In this document: positions 29,524 to 38,466 of the stretch, piece after piece
Position numbering within the stretch: the stretch's first letter is position 1
Layout of the letters: every line of letters begins with the position of its first letter
Assembly: GCA_964400145.1 (NCBI GenBank)
Contig: CAYNTF010000003.1
Coordinates: 75,370 to 139,369, forward strand
Source: an uncultured Lachnospiraceae bacterium
GTDB taxonomy: Bacteria > Bacillota > Clostridia > Christensenellales > UBA1242
Length of the DNA stretch: 64,000 bases
Direction: 5' to 3'
Translations under genes and position numbers: made by a program
Notes under the pieces: generated by a model
Database searches by the model: none
What the model saw: the letters and a program-made list of their open reading frames with translations, nothing else
Told to the model about the DNA's origin: nothing

Positions 29524-30519
29524 TCACATATCGTCGTCATCGTCGCTGTTCTTATTATTTCCCATCAACCGCCTTCTCATCTCGGTGTCCGCTTGCAAGT
29601 TCTGTAATTTGTAATAATCAAGCACATCTTTGATTTTCCCTTCTTCAATCGCTTTAACAATCGCTTTTGGCACTTCGGCTTCTTCTTCCACCACCTTGAT
29701 GCGCGCCCTTTCTGCCCTTGCTTTCATCTCTTGTTCTTCCGCCAAGGCAGTGAGTCTTCGTTGTTCCAATCTGTTTGCGGTCAAAATTCGTTGTTTTTCA
29801 ATTTCGTCTTTTTCGATCGCAAAACCCCTGTTTTTTCCCAAGTCAATGTCAATGACATCTGCGGAAACAAGTTCATATTTCGAATCTTCGTCGATTGTTG
29901 CATCAAAAATCGCTTTATCCAAAAGTTCCGGTCGAGATATCAACTCTTTCGCTCTTGCAGTGTTTGAAATTTTTGTCACGACCGCTTCAACTGCGCGCGC
30001 GGAAATTGTTTCTTCTGTCACACCGCCAAGAAAATTTTTGATTTTAACTTTAAGCGTCAATGAAACTTTGACATTTATTTCAAAATTATCTTGCGCCACG
30101 GCAGTCACAAGAGGAAGTTCGATAATTTTTGGATTTATACATTCGCGCACAACAGCAAGCACATCAAGCCCTGCAATATCAATCGCCTTAACAAAGTTGA
30201 AGTCAAAATTCAGTTTTGCCGTCTTTGCCGCATTCAAACCATCCACAATTTTGACAGGTCTGCCACCACTTGCAGAAACCACTTCCAAATCATAGAGTGT
30301 CACCCCAAGATGAGATTTTTTTGCAGTGATGTAAGCCGAAACAATTTCGTCAACATTTTCCTTGCGCATTTTCATGGAAATCAGTTTGAAAATTGAAATA
30401 TAACACCCCGAAAAAAGCGCTGTGAAATAAGTTTTTCGTGGCAACAAAATGATAAGAACGACCAGAAAAACCAACACAAGACCCGCAAAAACAACTCCGA
30501 TAATCCCACCTATGCTCAT
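29524..30519 (-). CDS. floA: Flotillin-like protein FloA (UPF0365/YqfA)
   Basis: N-terminal TM segment plus the conserved FTALFSG...ISMKMR region; ~330 aa. Confidence 0.9.
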   Translation of the reverse strand: MSIGGIIGVVFAGLVLVFLVVLIILLPRKTYFTALFSGCYISIFKLISMKMRKENVDEIVSAYITAKKSHLGVTLYDLEVVSASGGRPVKIVDGLNAAKTAKLNFDFNFVKAIDIAGLDVLAVVRECINPKIIELPLVTAVAQDNFEINVKVSLTLKVKIKNFLGGVTEETISARAVEAVVTKISNTARAKELISRPELLDKAIFDATIDEDSKYELVSADVIDIDLGKNRGFAIEKDEIEKQRILTANRLEQRRLTALAEEQEMKARAERARIKVVEEEAEVPKAIVKAIEEGKIKDVLDYYKLQNLQADTEMRRRLMGNNKNSDDDDDM

Positions 30520-30623
30520 ACTTTCTCCTCATAAACATTGTAGCACACTTTTGTCAGTTTGTCCATACCCTACCACAAAAATAATGAAAAATATCGATCT
30601 AAAAAATTTAAAAATCATATAAA

Positions 30624-30658
30624 AAAATAAAAAAAAGAAAGTGACAAACCCACTTTCT
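30624..30658 (-). terminator. Terminator after the 665-aa lipoprotein gene
   Basis: GAAAGTG/CACTTTC stem plus a long T-run on the minus strand. Confidence 0.65.
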
Positions 30659-30681
30659 TCAATATTATTTTTTATTTATTT

Positions 30682-32679
30682 TTAAACTGTGGCTTGTGCC
30701 AACATTTGATAAATTGCGACTTTGAAATCATAATTTTGGACTTTGCCTTTTTCTTTGTCAATGTCAAAAAAGATTTCAATATAATCACATTCACCTAAAA
30801 ACTTTTCATAATTCAAAGTGCCATAAAAACCATAAGTCGACGACTCGTTGAGCATATAATACTCTCTCGCACTGCTTCCCGCCGTTATGAGCATACTTTT
30901 ATACTCACTGTCATCGTCGTCAATGCCTGTGCTGTTGGCATACGGGTCTATTGCACTGTTTCCAATATCTTTTTTAAATTCGCTCAAAATAAATCCATCG
31001 CCAATCTCATAATCTGTGCCGGTTCCAGTGTCACTGAAAGTCACAAAATGCGCTTCATAACTTTCTTCATAATCACTGCTGGTGTTATCTGTTGGAAGAG
31101 GTTCATAATCAATGGTTATTGACACAACATAATCTCCTTCACCGTTGTTTATCAAACCCGTCGAAGAGTTATAGTATCTCAATCCCACATTGATTGTTAT
31201 TGATTTACCATAATTTATGCCCTCAGGGTCATCTTCATCATAATATTCAAACACCAACCAAAGGTCACCAATCGCCTTTCCATAATCTTCTTCATTTGGA
31301 TATATGATGATGCTTTGATATTCCGCTGCTGGAATATACGCAAAAATGTCATCATCCGAATTATCTATGAATGCCGGTCCAAAATAATTGCCTTCATAGT
31401 CAGTGATTTGCGATGCCAAAAACGCCTGATCCAACGCCAAAGGTTCGCCATCCGAACTTGTGCCGATTGGCGCTTTTTCGCAAGCATACTCAATGATATT
31501 GTTTATGATTGCATCATAGTTGCGATTGAATTGCAAATCGCCACTTGAATTGTGAACTCCGTTTTCATAGTATGCCACAGTAAACTCGCTCTGCATGTAT
31601 GCGTCTTCGCCGATAATCACATCTTTAATAAAATCTGCCACTTGCTTCTTGTTCTCTTCGGTCAAACCAACATATCCACCCAAAGCCTCATACAATTCTT
31701 TGACGCGCGCAAGTGCCGATTTTGTTTGCTCGTCCCCTTTTGAAACGGAAATAGGCTCATTTTCCCAACCGCCAACCAAGACATCCGTCACTTGTCCATT
31801 TTCGTCATACACAATCGTGAATTCAAAATATTTGGCATCGTCATCATAATCATAATAATCATATCCCAGCACAAACAAATAGACAGCATATTCCAACGCG
31901 TCTTGGAAATAGTTAACCGCATCCCCAATGTTGCCACTTTCAGTCAAGTTATAATAAGGCGAAATCCAATAATAGACATTGTCATTCTTATTGTTAACAT
32001 AGCCATCTTCACCATAAGTATAGAACTCCGAGAAAGAAGAAAGATCAATATCTACCTCATATATATGAAACCAATCATCATAGTCATCTCCTGAAAAACT
32101 GAAAGAATTCCCACTGTTTATAACATCTGAAGCTTTTAAAAATACAATTTCTTTGTCTTTGGCATCATTGGAGATTGTCCAATTCCAAGCACTGTTTGTG
32201 TCAATTTCAACAACGATACTTTCAAGATTGTCGTCAACATAAACCTTCTCAACTTGAGTGATTGTGTATCTCAAACTGTCATACAGATAGTATAATTGAT
32301 CATCATCACTTGTTTCGGAAGAATATGTGTAACCATTTGATGTGTCAAGACTTTTGTAACCATTTTCAAGATCTGTTTCTGTTGGATTATAAATGATTGC
32401 TCTCACATCTTCATCTGTTCGCGAAGTTACGCTGTCATCTTCGTATACATTATATAACAAATTCAAAACTTCTCTTGCGAATAAGTTATAATAATTTTCG
32501 GAATAAACATCAACTGCCTCAGCAAAATCATAGTCGGCAGGTTTTGAAAGCACTTTCACCCCTTCCATGGATAACTCTGAATCATCCAAAAGACTGCTTG
32601 GACCGCCGTCCACGCATCCAACAAAGAACAAAAACATAAAACAAAACAAGAATGAAAGAAATCTTTTTTTATTCTTCAT
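30682..32679 (-). CDS. Large acidic D/Y/E-rich lipoprotein, unknown function
   Basis: Signal peptide with lipobox FFVGC; no recognisable domain. Confidence 0.7.
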   Translation of the reverse strand: MKNKKRFLSFLFCFMFLFFVGCVDGGPSSLLDDSELSMEGVKVLSKPADYDFAEAVDVYSENYYNLFAREVLNLLYNVYEDDSVTSRTDEDVRAIIYNPTETDLENGYKSLDTSNGYTYSSETSDDDQLYYLYDSLRYTITQVEKVYVDDNLESIVVEIDTNSAWNWTISNDAKDKEIVFLKASDVINSGNSFSFSGDDYDDWFHIYEVDIDLSSFSEFYTYGEDGYVNNKNDNVYYWISPYYNLTESGNIGDAVNYFQDALEYAVYLFVLGYDYYDYDDDAKYFEFTIVYDENGQVTDVLVGGWENEPISVSKGDEQTKSALARVKELYEALGGYVGLTEENKKQVADFIKDVIIGEDAYMQSEFTVAYYENGVHNSSGDLQFNRNYDAIINNIIEYACEKAPIGTSSDGEPLALDQAFLASQITDYEGNYFGPAFIDNSDDDIFAYIPAAEYQSIIIYPNEEDYGKAIGDLWLVFEYYDEDDPEGINYGKSITINVGLRYYNSSTGLINNGEGDYVVSITIDYEPLPTDNTSSDYEESYEAHFVTFSDTGTGTDYEIGDGFILSEFKKDIGNSAIDPYANSTGIDDDDSEYKSMLITAGSSAREYYMLNESSTYGFYGTLNYEKFLGECDYIEIFFDIDKEKGKVQNYDFKVAIYQMLAQATV

Positions 32680-32701
32680 ATTTATATGATATCACAAAAG
32701 A

Positions 32702-32741
32702 CAAAAAAAAACAAGGAATTTTAACCATTCCTTGTCGTTTT
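32702..32741. terminator. Terminator between lipoprotein genes
   Basis: ACAAGGAAT/ATTCCTTGT 9-bp stem flanked by A-run and T-run. Confidence 0.7.
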
Positions 32742-32744
32742 TAT

Positions 32745-34223
32745 TTATTTTGTGTATCCTATTTCTTTCAAAAGCGAAGTTGAAGAATAAAGGCTTCGAT
32801 TTCCGTTGTCAATTTCTTTTGTTGAATATACAGAAGCTTCCCAATATTTTGTGTTGCTTATAATATTGGCAATGGCATTTTTCTCACCCAAATATATTGA
32901 TGAAGCAACCCCCATTTGCAAAAGTTGCATTTGCCCATCAATTTCCACCAAATAATATTGGTCCCAAGAAGCGACATATCCATAAGTTGAACTTGCGTAC
33001 ACACCAAAAACCGGAGTTTTGAAAGCGTAATAAATCTTATCAACAGTCACCCCAGCTTTTTCAAGCACTCTTTCAGTCAATGCTTCAAACTCTTCTTTAT
33101 GCTCACTTTCATAGTCGTCATCCAAAGTTGTATATTCAACTTCCTGAGTGCTCTTTGTTCTATATTTGGTTTTTTTCATTGAATTTAAAAACTCTTTAAA
33201 TTCTTTTTGAGTTTGATACTCTCCATTCGCAAAACCGGTATAAAGATCGTCATCACCTATATAAGAGTATCTATAATATGTGTCGTCAAGTTTATCTGTG
33301 CAATGTTTCACGATAGTGCCAAATCCAATCATGTCAACATCTGCGTCAATATACAAAACCTCGCTGATGTAATAACTATCATCTGACGCCCTTTCAGAAA
33401 GAATATCTCTTCCAAACTGGTTGTCACCTAATATCCAAGGCACAAGAACTTCATAAATCGCAGAAATGTTGAAAATATAGTTTCCATTTGAATCGATTTC
33501 ATAGATGTTTTCGCCCTCTGCTGTGTCTTCAATTTCTGGCAAATCAACAACTGTCGTTCCAATGTCGGTGATAACAATTTCTTCATCAGAGAAATTCAAC
33601 AACATCTCGCCATTGCTGATTTGCATTGTCACTGTTTCGCCGTCAATGGTTCCGGTCAATATGTTGTTGTTCGCATCGAATTCAGTCCAGTTGATGTCTT
33701 TAAGGTCTGAAACAATGATAGAAACAGCCGTCGAAATATCAAGTTGGTCTGTGGAATTTTTCTGCCATGCACCATTTTCATATGTTATTGCATAATTGAC
33801 GCCGTCTTCAAGAACATAATAAGCCACCACTCCATTGTCATCAACTTCCACCATATCGCCGTCAAAATTATATAATGCATAATCCCCCGAAGAACTTGTG
33901 ATGGAATATGTGAAATTGCCATTTTCCATGGAACTGATATAAGAATTCACTGTGGCAACCGCTTCATCTAAATTGTCGCTTTCATCAAGATTGCTATCCA
34001 CCATTTTTTCAGATTGTTCCTCCACCTTGTTTTGCTCTGATTCACTTTGTTCTGACTCGTTGTAGGTATCTTCTGGAACAGTTTGAACAATTTGAATATC
34101 GTCCGAATTTGACTCATCAACATTTGAACTTGCTTGGCTCCCACACCCCACAAATTCAAAAGCGCTCACAACGGCGATGCCAGATGAAATTGCAAACAAT
34201 GCGAATTTTTTAAGATTTTTCAT
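32745..34223 (-). CDS. Lipoprotein, unknown function (family member A)
   Basis: Lipobox EFVGC; GGGAGG 8-9 nt before the second ATG. Shares the DIGTTVVxLPE C-terminal motif with the two downstream paralogs. Confidence 0.7.
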   Translation of the reverse strand: MKNLKKFALFAISSGIAVVSAFEFVGCGSQASSNVDESNSDDIQIVQTVPEDTYNESEQSESEQNKVEEQSEKMVDSNLDESDNLDEAVATVNSYISSMENGNFTYSITSSSGDYALYNFDGDMVEVDDNGVVAYYVLEDGVNYAITYENGAWQKNSTDQLDISTAVSIIVSDLKDINWTEFDANNNILTGTIDGETVTMQISNGEMLLNFSDEEIVITDIGTTVVDLPEIEDTAEGENIYEIDSNGNYIFNISAIYEVLVPWILGDNQFGRDILSERASDDSYYISEVLYIDADVDMIGFGTIVKHCTDKLDDTYYRYSYIGDDDLYTGFANGEYQTQKEFKEFLNSMKKTKYRTKSTQEVEYTTLDDDYESEHKEEFEALTERVLEKAGVTVDKIYYAFKTPVFGVYASSTYGYVASWDQYYLVEIDGQMQLLQMGVASSIYLGEKNAIANIISNTKYWEASVYSTKEIDNGNRSLYSSTSLLKEIGYTK

Positions 34224-34252
34224 TTTCATATCCTCCCTTTTTGTTTTTATTC

Positions 34253-34281
34253 ATTTTATCACAAAATTTTAAAAAATACAA
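34253..34281 (-). promoter_or_regulatory. Promoter TTGTAT-17-(TGa)TAAAAT for the 32745..34223 gene
   Basis: Spacing counted directly; lies inside repeat copy A. Confidence 0.5.
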
Positions 34282-34394
34282 TAAATTTTTAAATATTTTT
34301 CAAAATTTTACAATATAATTTCATTTTCCAAAATTGAAGCAAACTTCTTCAAATTTGACAAACTTAATAACAAAATTCCATGTTAAAAACTTAA

Positions 34395-34427
34395 CAAAAA
34401 AGACAAGGGGCGTTAAAGCACCTTGTC
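34395..34427 (-). terminator. Terminator overlapping the stop codon of the 34413 gene
   Basis: GACAAGG/CCTTGTC stem enclosing the TAA stop, then T6 on the minus strand. Confidence 0.6.
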
Positions 34428-35093
34428 ATTTTCTGCAAGTTTAGCTGAAATTACATCTTCACTCGTGTTGTCAATAACATTCTCAGGCAATGTCACAATC
34501 GTTGTTCCAATGTCACTGAAAACATACAATCCACCTGGGGCTTTATAGTAAATTTCCCCATTCTCAATTTTAATATCACTAGAAAATCCGACCATACTAT
34601 TTCCTGATAACACACCTTCTTCTTGATCATATGAGAACCACTTAATTGTTTTTGCTAATATCATTGGATAGCTTCGTATATCATCTATAAGAGTTGCATT
34701 TTCCAAAATCCTACTACTCCAATAGCCATCATCATCCTTACGTATTTGATAAACCACACCATTTTCAGTGTAATAATAATAACTCTTTCCCAAATATGTG
34801 TATTCAACCAAATCGTTATCAAGTTTAAAATAGTACTCCAATTCTTGACTATCCGTATTATAACAAGTTAAAGTAAAATTGCTCCCTTCTTGAACAGCAA
34901 CCAAGCATTCAGTTACTTCTGCAACTGCATTTTCAAAAAGTTCTTCTTGCCCTTTTTCTTCTTCACTTTTGGACAAGCCACACCCAGCAAAAGCGAATGC
35001 TGTCGTCAAAGAAATTCCAGAAGCAAGCGCAAATGTGACAAATTGTTTAAGATTTTTAATTTTCCTATCCCCCCTTTTTTGTTTTTTATTCAT
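34413..35093 (-). CDS. Lipoprotein paralog P1; start codon uncertain (ATG 35093 or ATT 35060)
   Basis: Lipobox FAFAGC; ~50-60% identical by eye to P2. ATG 35093 overlaps the predicted -10 element. Confidence 0.6.
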   Translation of the reverse strand: MNKKQKRGDRKIKNLKQFVTFALASGISLTTAFAFAGCGLSKSEEEKGQEELFENAVAEVTECLVAVQEGSNFTLTCYNTDSQELEYYFKLDNDLVEYTYLGKSYYYYTENGVVYQIRKDDDGYWSSRILENATLIDDIRSYPMILAKTIKWFSYDQEEGVLSGNSMVGFSSDIKIENGEIYYKAPGGLYVFSDIGTTIVTLPENVIDNTSEDVISAKLAENDKVL

Positions 35094-35120
35094 TTTATCA
35101 CAAAACTTTAAAAAATACAA
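35092..35120 (-). promoter_or_regulatory. Promoter TTGTAT-17-(TGa)TAAAAT for P1
   Basis: Duplicate of the promoter at 34253-34281. Confidence 0.5.
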
Positions 35121-35233
35121 TAAATTTTTAAATATTTTTCAAAATTTTACAATATAATTTCATTTTCCAAAATTGAAGCAAACTTCTTCAAATTTGACAA
35201 ACTTAATAACAAAATTCCATGTTAAAAACTTAA

Positions 35234-35266
35234 CAAAAAAGACAAGGGGCGTTAAAGCACCTTGTC
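35234..35266 (-). terminator. Terminator overlapping the P2 stop codon
   Basis: Duplicate of the terminator at 34395-34427. Confidence 0.6.
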
Positions 35267-35896
35267 AGTTTCTGCAAGTTTAGTTGTTGAAATTTCATCT
35301 TCAGTCGTGTCGTCAATGACATTCTCAGGCAATGTCACAGTCGTTGTTCCAATGTCACTGAAAACACACAATCCACCTGGGGCTTTATAGTAAATTTCCC
35401 CATTATTTACACTCATTTGAATTGAATAGCCATCTTGTGTTCCTGACAATACATTTTCTTCTTCATTATATGACGACCAGTTAATTGTTTCTAATAATGT
35501 TGTTGAAAAAGTACGGAAAATTTCAATAAAATATGGGTCATCCATAATTTCAGTCTTCCAATATCCATCGTCATCCTGCGACATTTGATAAAGGATATCA
35601 TTTTCAGTGTAACAATATTTAAGATCACCTAAATATAGATACTCCACTAAATCACCATCAAATTTGAAATAATAGACCAGTCGATTATTAAGATATCTAG
35701 TATAAGTGAAATTATTCATTTCTTGAACAGCAGTCAAGCGTTCTGTTACTTCTTCAACCGCGTTTTCAAAAACTTCTTCTTGCCTTTTTTCTTCTTCACT
35801 CATGAACAACTCACACCCAGCAAAAGCGAATGCTGTGGTTAGAGAAATTCCGGAAGCAAGCGCAAGTGTGGCAAATTTTTTAAGATTTCCTTTCAT
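35252..35896 (-). CDS. Lipoprotein paralog P2
   Basis: Lipobox FAFAGC. A G7 run (35903-35909) acts as the SD, 6 nt before ATG 35896. Confidence 0.7.
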   Translation of the reverse strand: MKGNLKKFATLALASGISLTTAFAFAGCELFMSEEEKRQEEVFENAVEEVTERLTAVQEMNNFTYTRYLNNRLVYYFKFDGDLVEYLYLGDLKYCYTENDILYQMSQDDDGYWKTEIMDDPYFIEIFRTFSTTLLETINWSSYNEEENVLSGTQDGYSIQMSVNNGEIYYKAPGGLCVFSDIGTTTVTLPENVIDDTTEDEISTTKLAETDKVL

Positions 35897-35923
35897 AAAC
35901 ATCCCCCCCTTCTTCCTATGTCA

Positions 35924-35952
35924 ATTCTATCACAAATTTGCAAAATAATCAA
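35924..35952 (-). promoter_or_regulatory. Promoter TTGATT-17-(TGa)TAGAAT for P2
   Basis: Spacing counted directly. Confidence 0.5.
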
Positions 35953-36095
35953 CATTTTTTTCAATAAATTTTATAATTTTTTAAAAAATTTTCCAAAAAT
36001 ATGCCAAATTTCGCAAATTAAACCTAGTTTTTCAGGGAAATAATCGGTTTCTTAATCAAATTTACAATGTTAAATTTCGGTAAAATTGTTCAAAT

Positions 36096-36941
36096 TTAAC
36101 TTTCCGAACGCATAAAATAGAACAGATATTGCTGAGCATATCCAGAAAAGTTGCCAAATTCCGCAGTTAAATTTTTTCGAATTTGCTCCCTTGTCAAAGT
36201 ATTCTTCTCAGATTTAGGAGCATGACAATAAAACTTATAATACATTTTTTCAATCCAAGTGTCAACAGGAAAGACATCTCCACGCCCATATCCAAACAGA
36301 AGCACGCAGTCTGCAACTTTTGGACCAACCCCAGCGAGTGAAATAAGTTTATTCCTGAGTTCATTTGTTGACAGAGTTTGCCATTGCCAAAGAGTATTTT
36401 CGTCAACCTGTCTGAGCACTTTGAAAAGATATTTGTCGCGATATCCTGCACCGATATCAGCAAAAAACTTTTCGTCCACCGAGAGCAGTTGTTCACGAGT
36501 TGGAAAAGCGTGAAATTCACCCATATCGTCACCCAATCTTTCGCGCATACGCCCCAAAATCATTTGAATTCGTTTTATATTGTTATTAGCAGACACAATA
36601 AACGAAATCAGAGTTTCAAACAAATCTTGTTTCAAGATTCTTATTCCGTGCCCAAATTTTATCGGTTCAACCAAAATTTGATGTTTTCCCAGCAAATTTT
36701 TCAGTTTCCCATAATCAGTTTTTAAGTCAAAAAAGTTTTCAAAATAGAGCGGGTCATCTGTCAAAATTTCAAACCCATTTTTGTTTTCGTATATCTTTGC
36801 CATTTTATTTTTGGAAAGCACCTTCCAACAATTTTCTGCCTTTTCATATGAAAAAATTTGCCCACATTCCAAAATATGTGAAGGGACAAAATCTTCTTTT
36901 CCAAAAATCTCAATCTTGTTTGAACTTAAAGTATATTTCAT
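36096..36941 (-). CDS. ogg: HhH-GPD 8-oxoguanine DNA glycosylase/lyase (clostridial Ogg type)
   Basis: LAGVGPKVADCVLLFG...VFPVDTW motif; ~280 aa. Confidence 0.8.
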   Translation of the reverse strand: MKYTLSSNKIEIFGKEDFVPSHILECGQIFSYEKAENCWKVLSKNKMAKIYENKNGFEILTDDPLYFENFFDLKTDYGKLKNLLGKHQILVEPIKFGHGIRILKQDLFETLISFIVSANNNIKRIQMILGRMRERLGDDMGEFHAFPTREQLLSVDEKFFADIGAGYRDKYLFKVLRQVDENTLWQWQTLSTNELRNKLISLAGVGPKVADCVLLFGYGRGDVFPVDTWIEKMYYKFYCHAPKSEKNTLTREQIRKNLTAEFGNFSGYAQQYLFYFMRSES

Positions 36942-37046
36942 ACATCACCTTTTCGTTTTGTAACAAAAGCAACCTTCTCTGCACTGAAATCTTGCGAAAT
37001 CTGCACGAAGTTGTTGACTGTTCAACAGCATATCACAAAAGTCGCT

Positions 37047-37096
37047 AATCGCCGTGCTATAAACGACCACCAATCGCCGTGGTATAAACAATCACC
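37047..37096. repeat. Tandem 25-bp direct repeat, 2 copies, upstream of ogg
   Basis: AATCGCCGTGCTATAAACGACCACC followed by AATCGCCGTGGTATAAACAATCACC. Confidence 0.85.
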
Positions 37097-37132
37097 AGCC
37101 CCGTCGATTTGAAGAGTTGATTTGAAGATATG

Positions 37133-37152
37133 AAAAAAGGGCTATTTAGCCC
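37133..37152 (-). terminator. rpmA terminator
   Basis: GGGCT-AAAT-AGCCC stem-loop enclosing the stop codon, then T6. Confidence 0.65.
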
Positions 37153-37421
37153 TCTGCAATGACAGAAACAACATTTTTGCCGTTGCTTTTTTCAAAAACC
37201 ACTTTGCCATCTTTGAGTGCGAAAAGCGTGTAGTCCTTTCCAAGTCCAACATTTGTGCCTGGATACACCTTTGTGCCACGCTGTCTTAAAATGATTGAGC
37301 CTGCTGTGACAGTTTCGCCAGCGTAGGCTTTGACACCAAGACGCTTGCTTTGGCTATCTCTGCCGTTTTTGGTGCTTCCGCCACCCTTTTTATGAGCAAA
37401 AAGTTGTAAATTAACAAACAT
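37146..37421 (-). CDS. rpmA: 50S ribosomal protein L27 with cleavable N-terminal extension
   Basis: [23 protein letters not shown]... Confidence 0.95.
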   Translation of the reverse strand: MFVNLQLFAHKKGGGSTKNGRDSQSKRLGVKAYAGETVTAGSIILRQRGTKVYPGTNVGLGKDYTLFALKDGKVVFEKSNGKNVVSVIAEG

Positions 37422-37740
37422 CTTTTTTAACCTCCATTTTTACAAATTTTGAATATTCCTTTACAATACTTTCCAGTGTGATTTCCATGGTGCGAAGAAG
37501 ATTTTGAGCAATTTCGTTTTCAACATCATCAGCGTTCAGACGAACGGAGAGATATCCCTCTCGCATATCGCTTTCAACATCCAAATTCAAAACTTCTTTC
37601 AACCCGATGAGAGCCATTTGCGTTGCGGTCGAAATTGCCGAACAAACAATGTCGCTTCCTTCTTCCGCATAACCGCTGTGACCTTTCACTTGGAATGCAT
37701 AAATTTTGTTTTCTTTTTCAAAAATCAATATTTTTGTCAT
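37411..37740 (-). CDS. prp: Ribosomal-processing cysteine protease Prp
   Basis: [18 protein letters not shown] motif; located between rplU and rpmA. Confidence 0.9.
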   Translation of the reverse strand: MTKILIFEKENKIYAFQVKGHSGYAEEGSDIVCSAISTATQMALIGLKEVLNLDVESDMREGYLSVRLNADDVENEIAQNLLRTMEITLESIVKEYSKFVKMEVKKDVC

Positions 37741-37763
37741 AACAATCCATTCACTTTTGAAAA

Positions 37764-38072
37764 TTACATTTTTATTGAAACAATTTTAAGTTCAGTCCAT
37801 GGTTGTCTGTGACCTTGTTTCTTGCGTTCGTTTTTCTTTGGCTTATATTTGAAAACTACAATCTTTTCGCCTTTGCCGTGAGCAAGAACTTCTGCAACCA
37901 CTTCTGCATTCTTAACCGTAGGCGTTCCAGCAACTGTCTTATTCCCGTCAGAAACCAAGAGTGCTTCAAGAGAAATCTTTTCACCAACAGTTTTTTCAAG
38001 TTTTTCAACCTTGATAATGTCGTTTTCTGTGACATTATATTGCTTTCCGCCTGTTTGAATAACTGCAAACAT
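37764..38072 (-). CDS. rplU: 50S ribosomal protein L21
   Basis: MFAVIQTGGKQY... Confidence 0.95.
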   Translation of the reverse strand: MFAVIQTGGKQYNVTENDIIKVEKLEKTVGEKISLEALLVSDGNKTVAGTPTVKNAEVVAEVLAHGKGEKIVVFKYKPKKNERKKQGHRQPWTELKIVSIKM

Positions 38073-38200
38073 AATCTAACCTCCTCTAACCAAACTCGCT
38101 GTCGTTAGGTGGTGGCAAAGCCACTTTTTGACAAATTGATTTTATATTTGGTCACCACAATCGCGCATATTCGCAAAGTTTCTGCGACATTGCAAAACGC
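38073..38200 (-). ncRNA. Possible L21-operon leader
   Basis: Position upstream of rplU and a GTGGTG...CACCAC helix. Not compared to a covariance model. Confidence 0.3.
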
Positions 38201-38466
38201 TGTAAATTTTCGCTGTGATTTTCAAAAAAAATAATAAATCATTCTTTTGCGACCAATCGTTTTCGATAAACGAAACGACAAAAATCAAAATTCAAATTTT
38301 TCTTTGAACCCAACACATGCGGATACTTGCATAGTATACCAAAAAAGCGCGTCAATGTCAAGCATTTACGCAAAATATTCACCAATTTTTCTCCATTTTT
38401 TTCGGCAAAAGTTTTAGTCAAAATTACAAATTTACATTGTTAAAGCATCATCACAAAAAAGAGCTT

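Larger units (their letters stand above)
34235..34562. repeat. Direct repeat copy A (~330 bp): promoter + terminator + 3' CDS end of the lipoprotein cassette
   Basis: Nearly identical to 35069-35404 by direct comparison. Confidence 0.9.
35069..35404. repeat. Direct repeat copy B (~330 bp)
   Basis: See copy A. Confidence 0.9.

Noticed and set aside
38239-38421. 60-aa ORF in the spacer between rplU and the phosphatase pseudogene
   Set aside because: It has no RBS and no recognisable features, and it lies in the likely rplU promoter/leader region.
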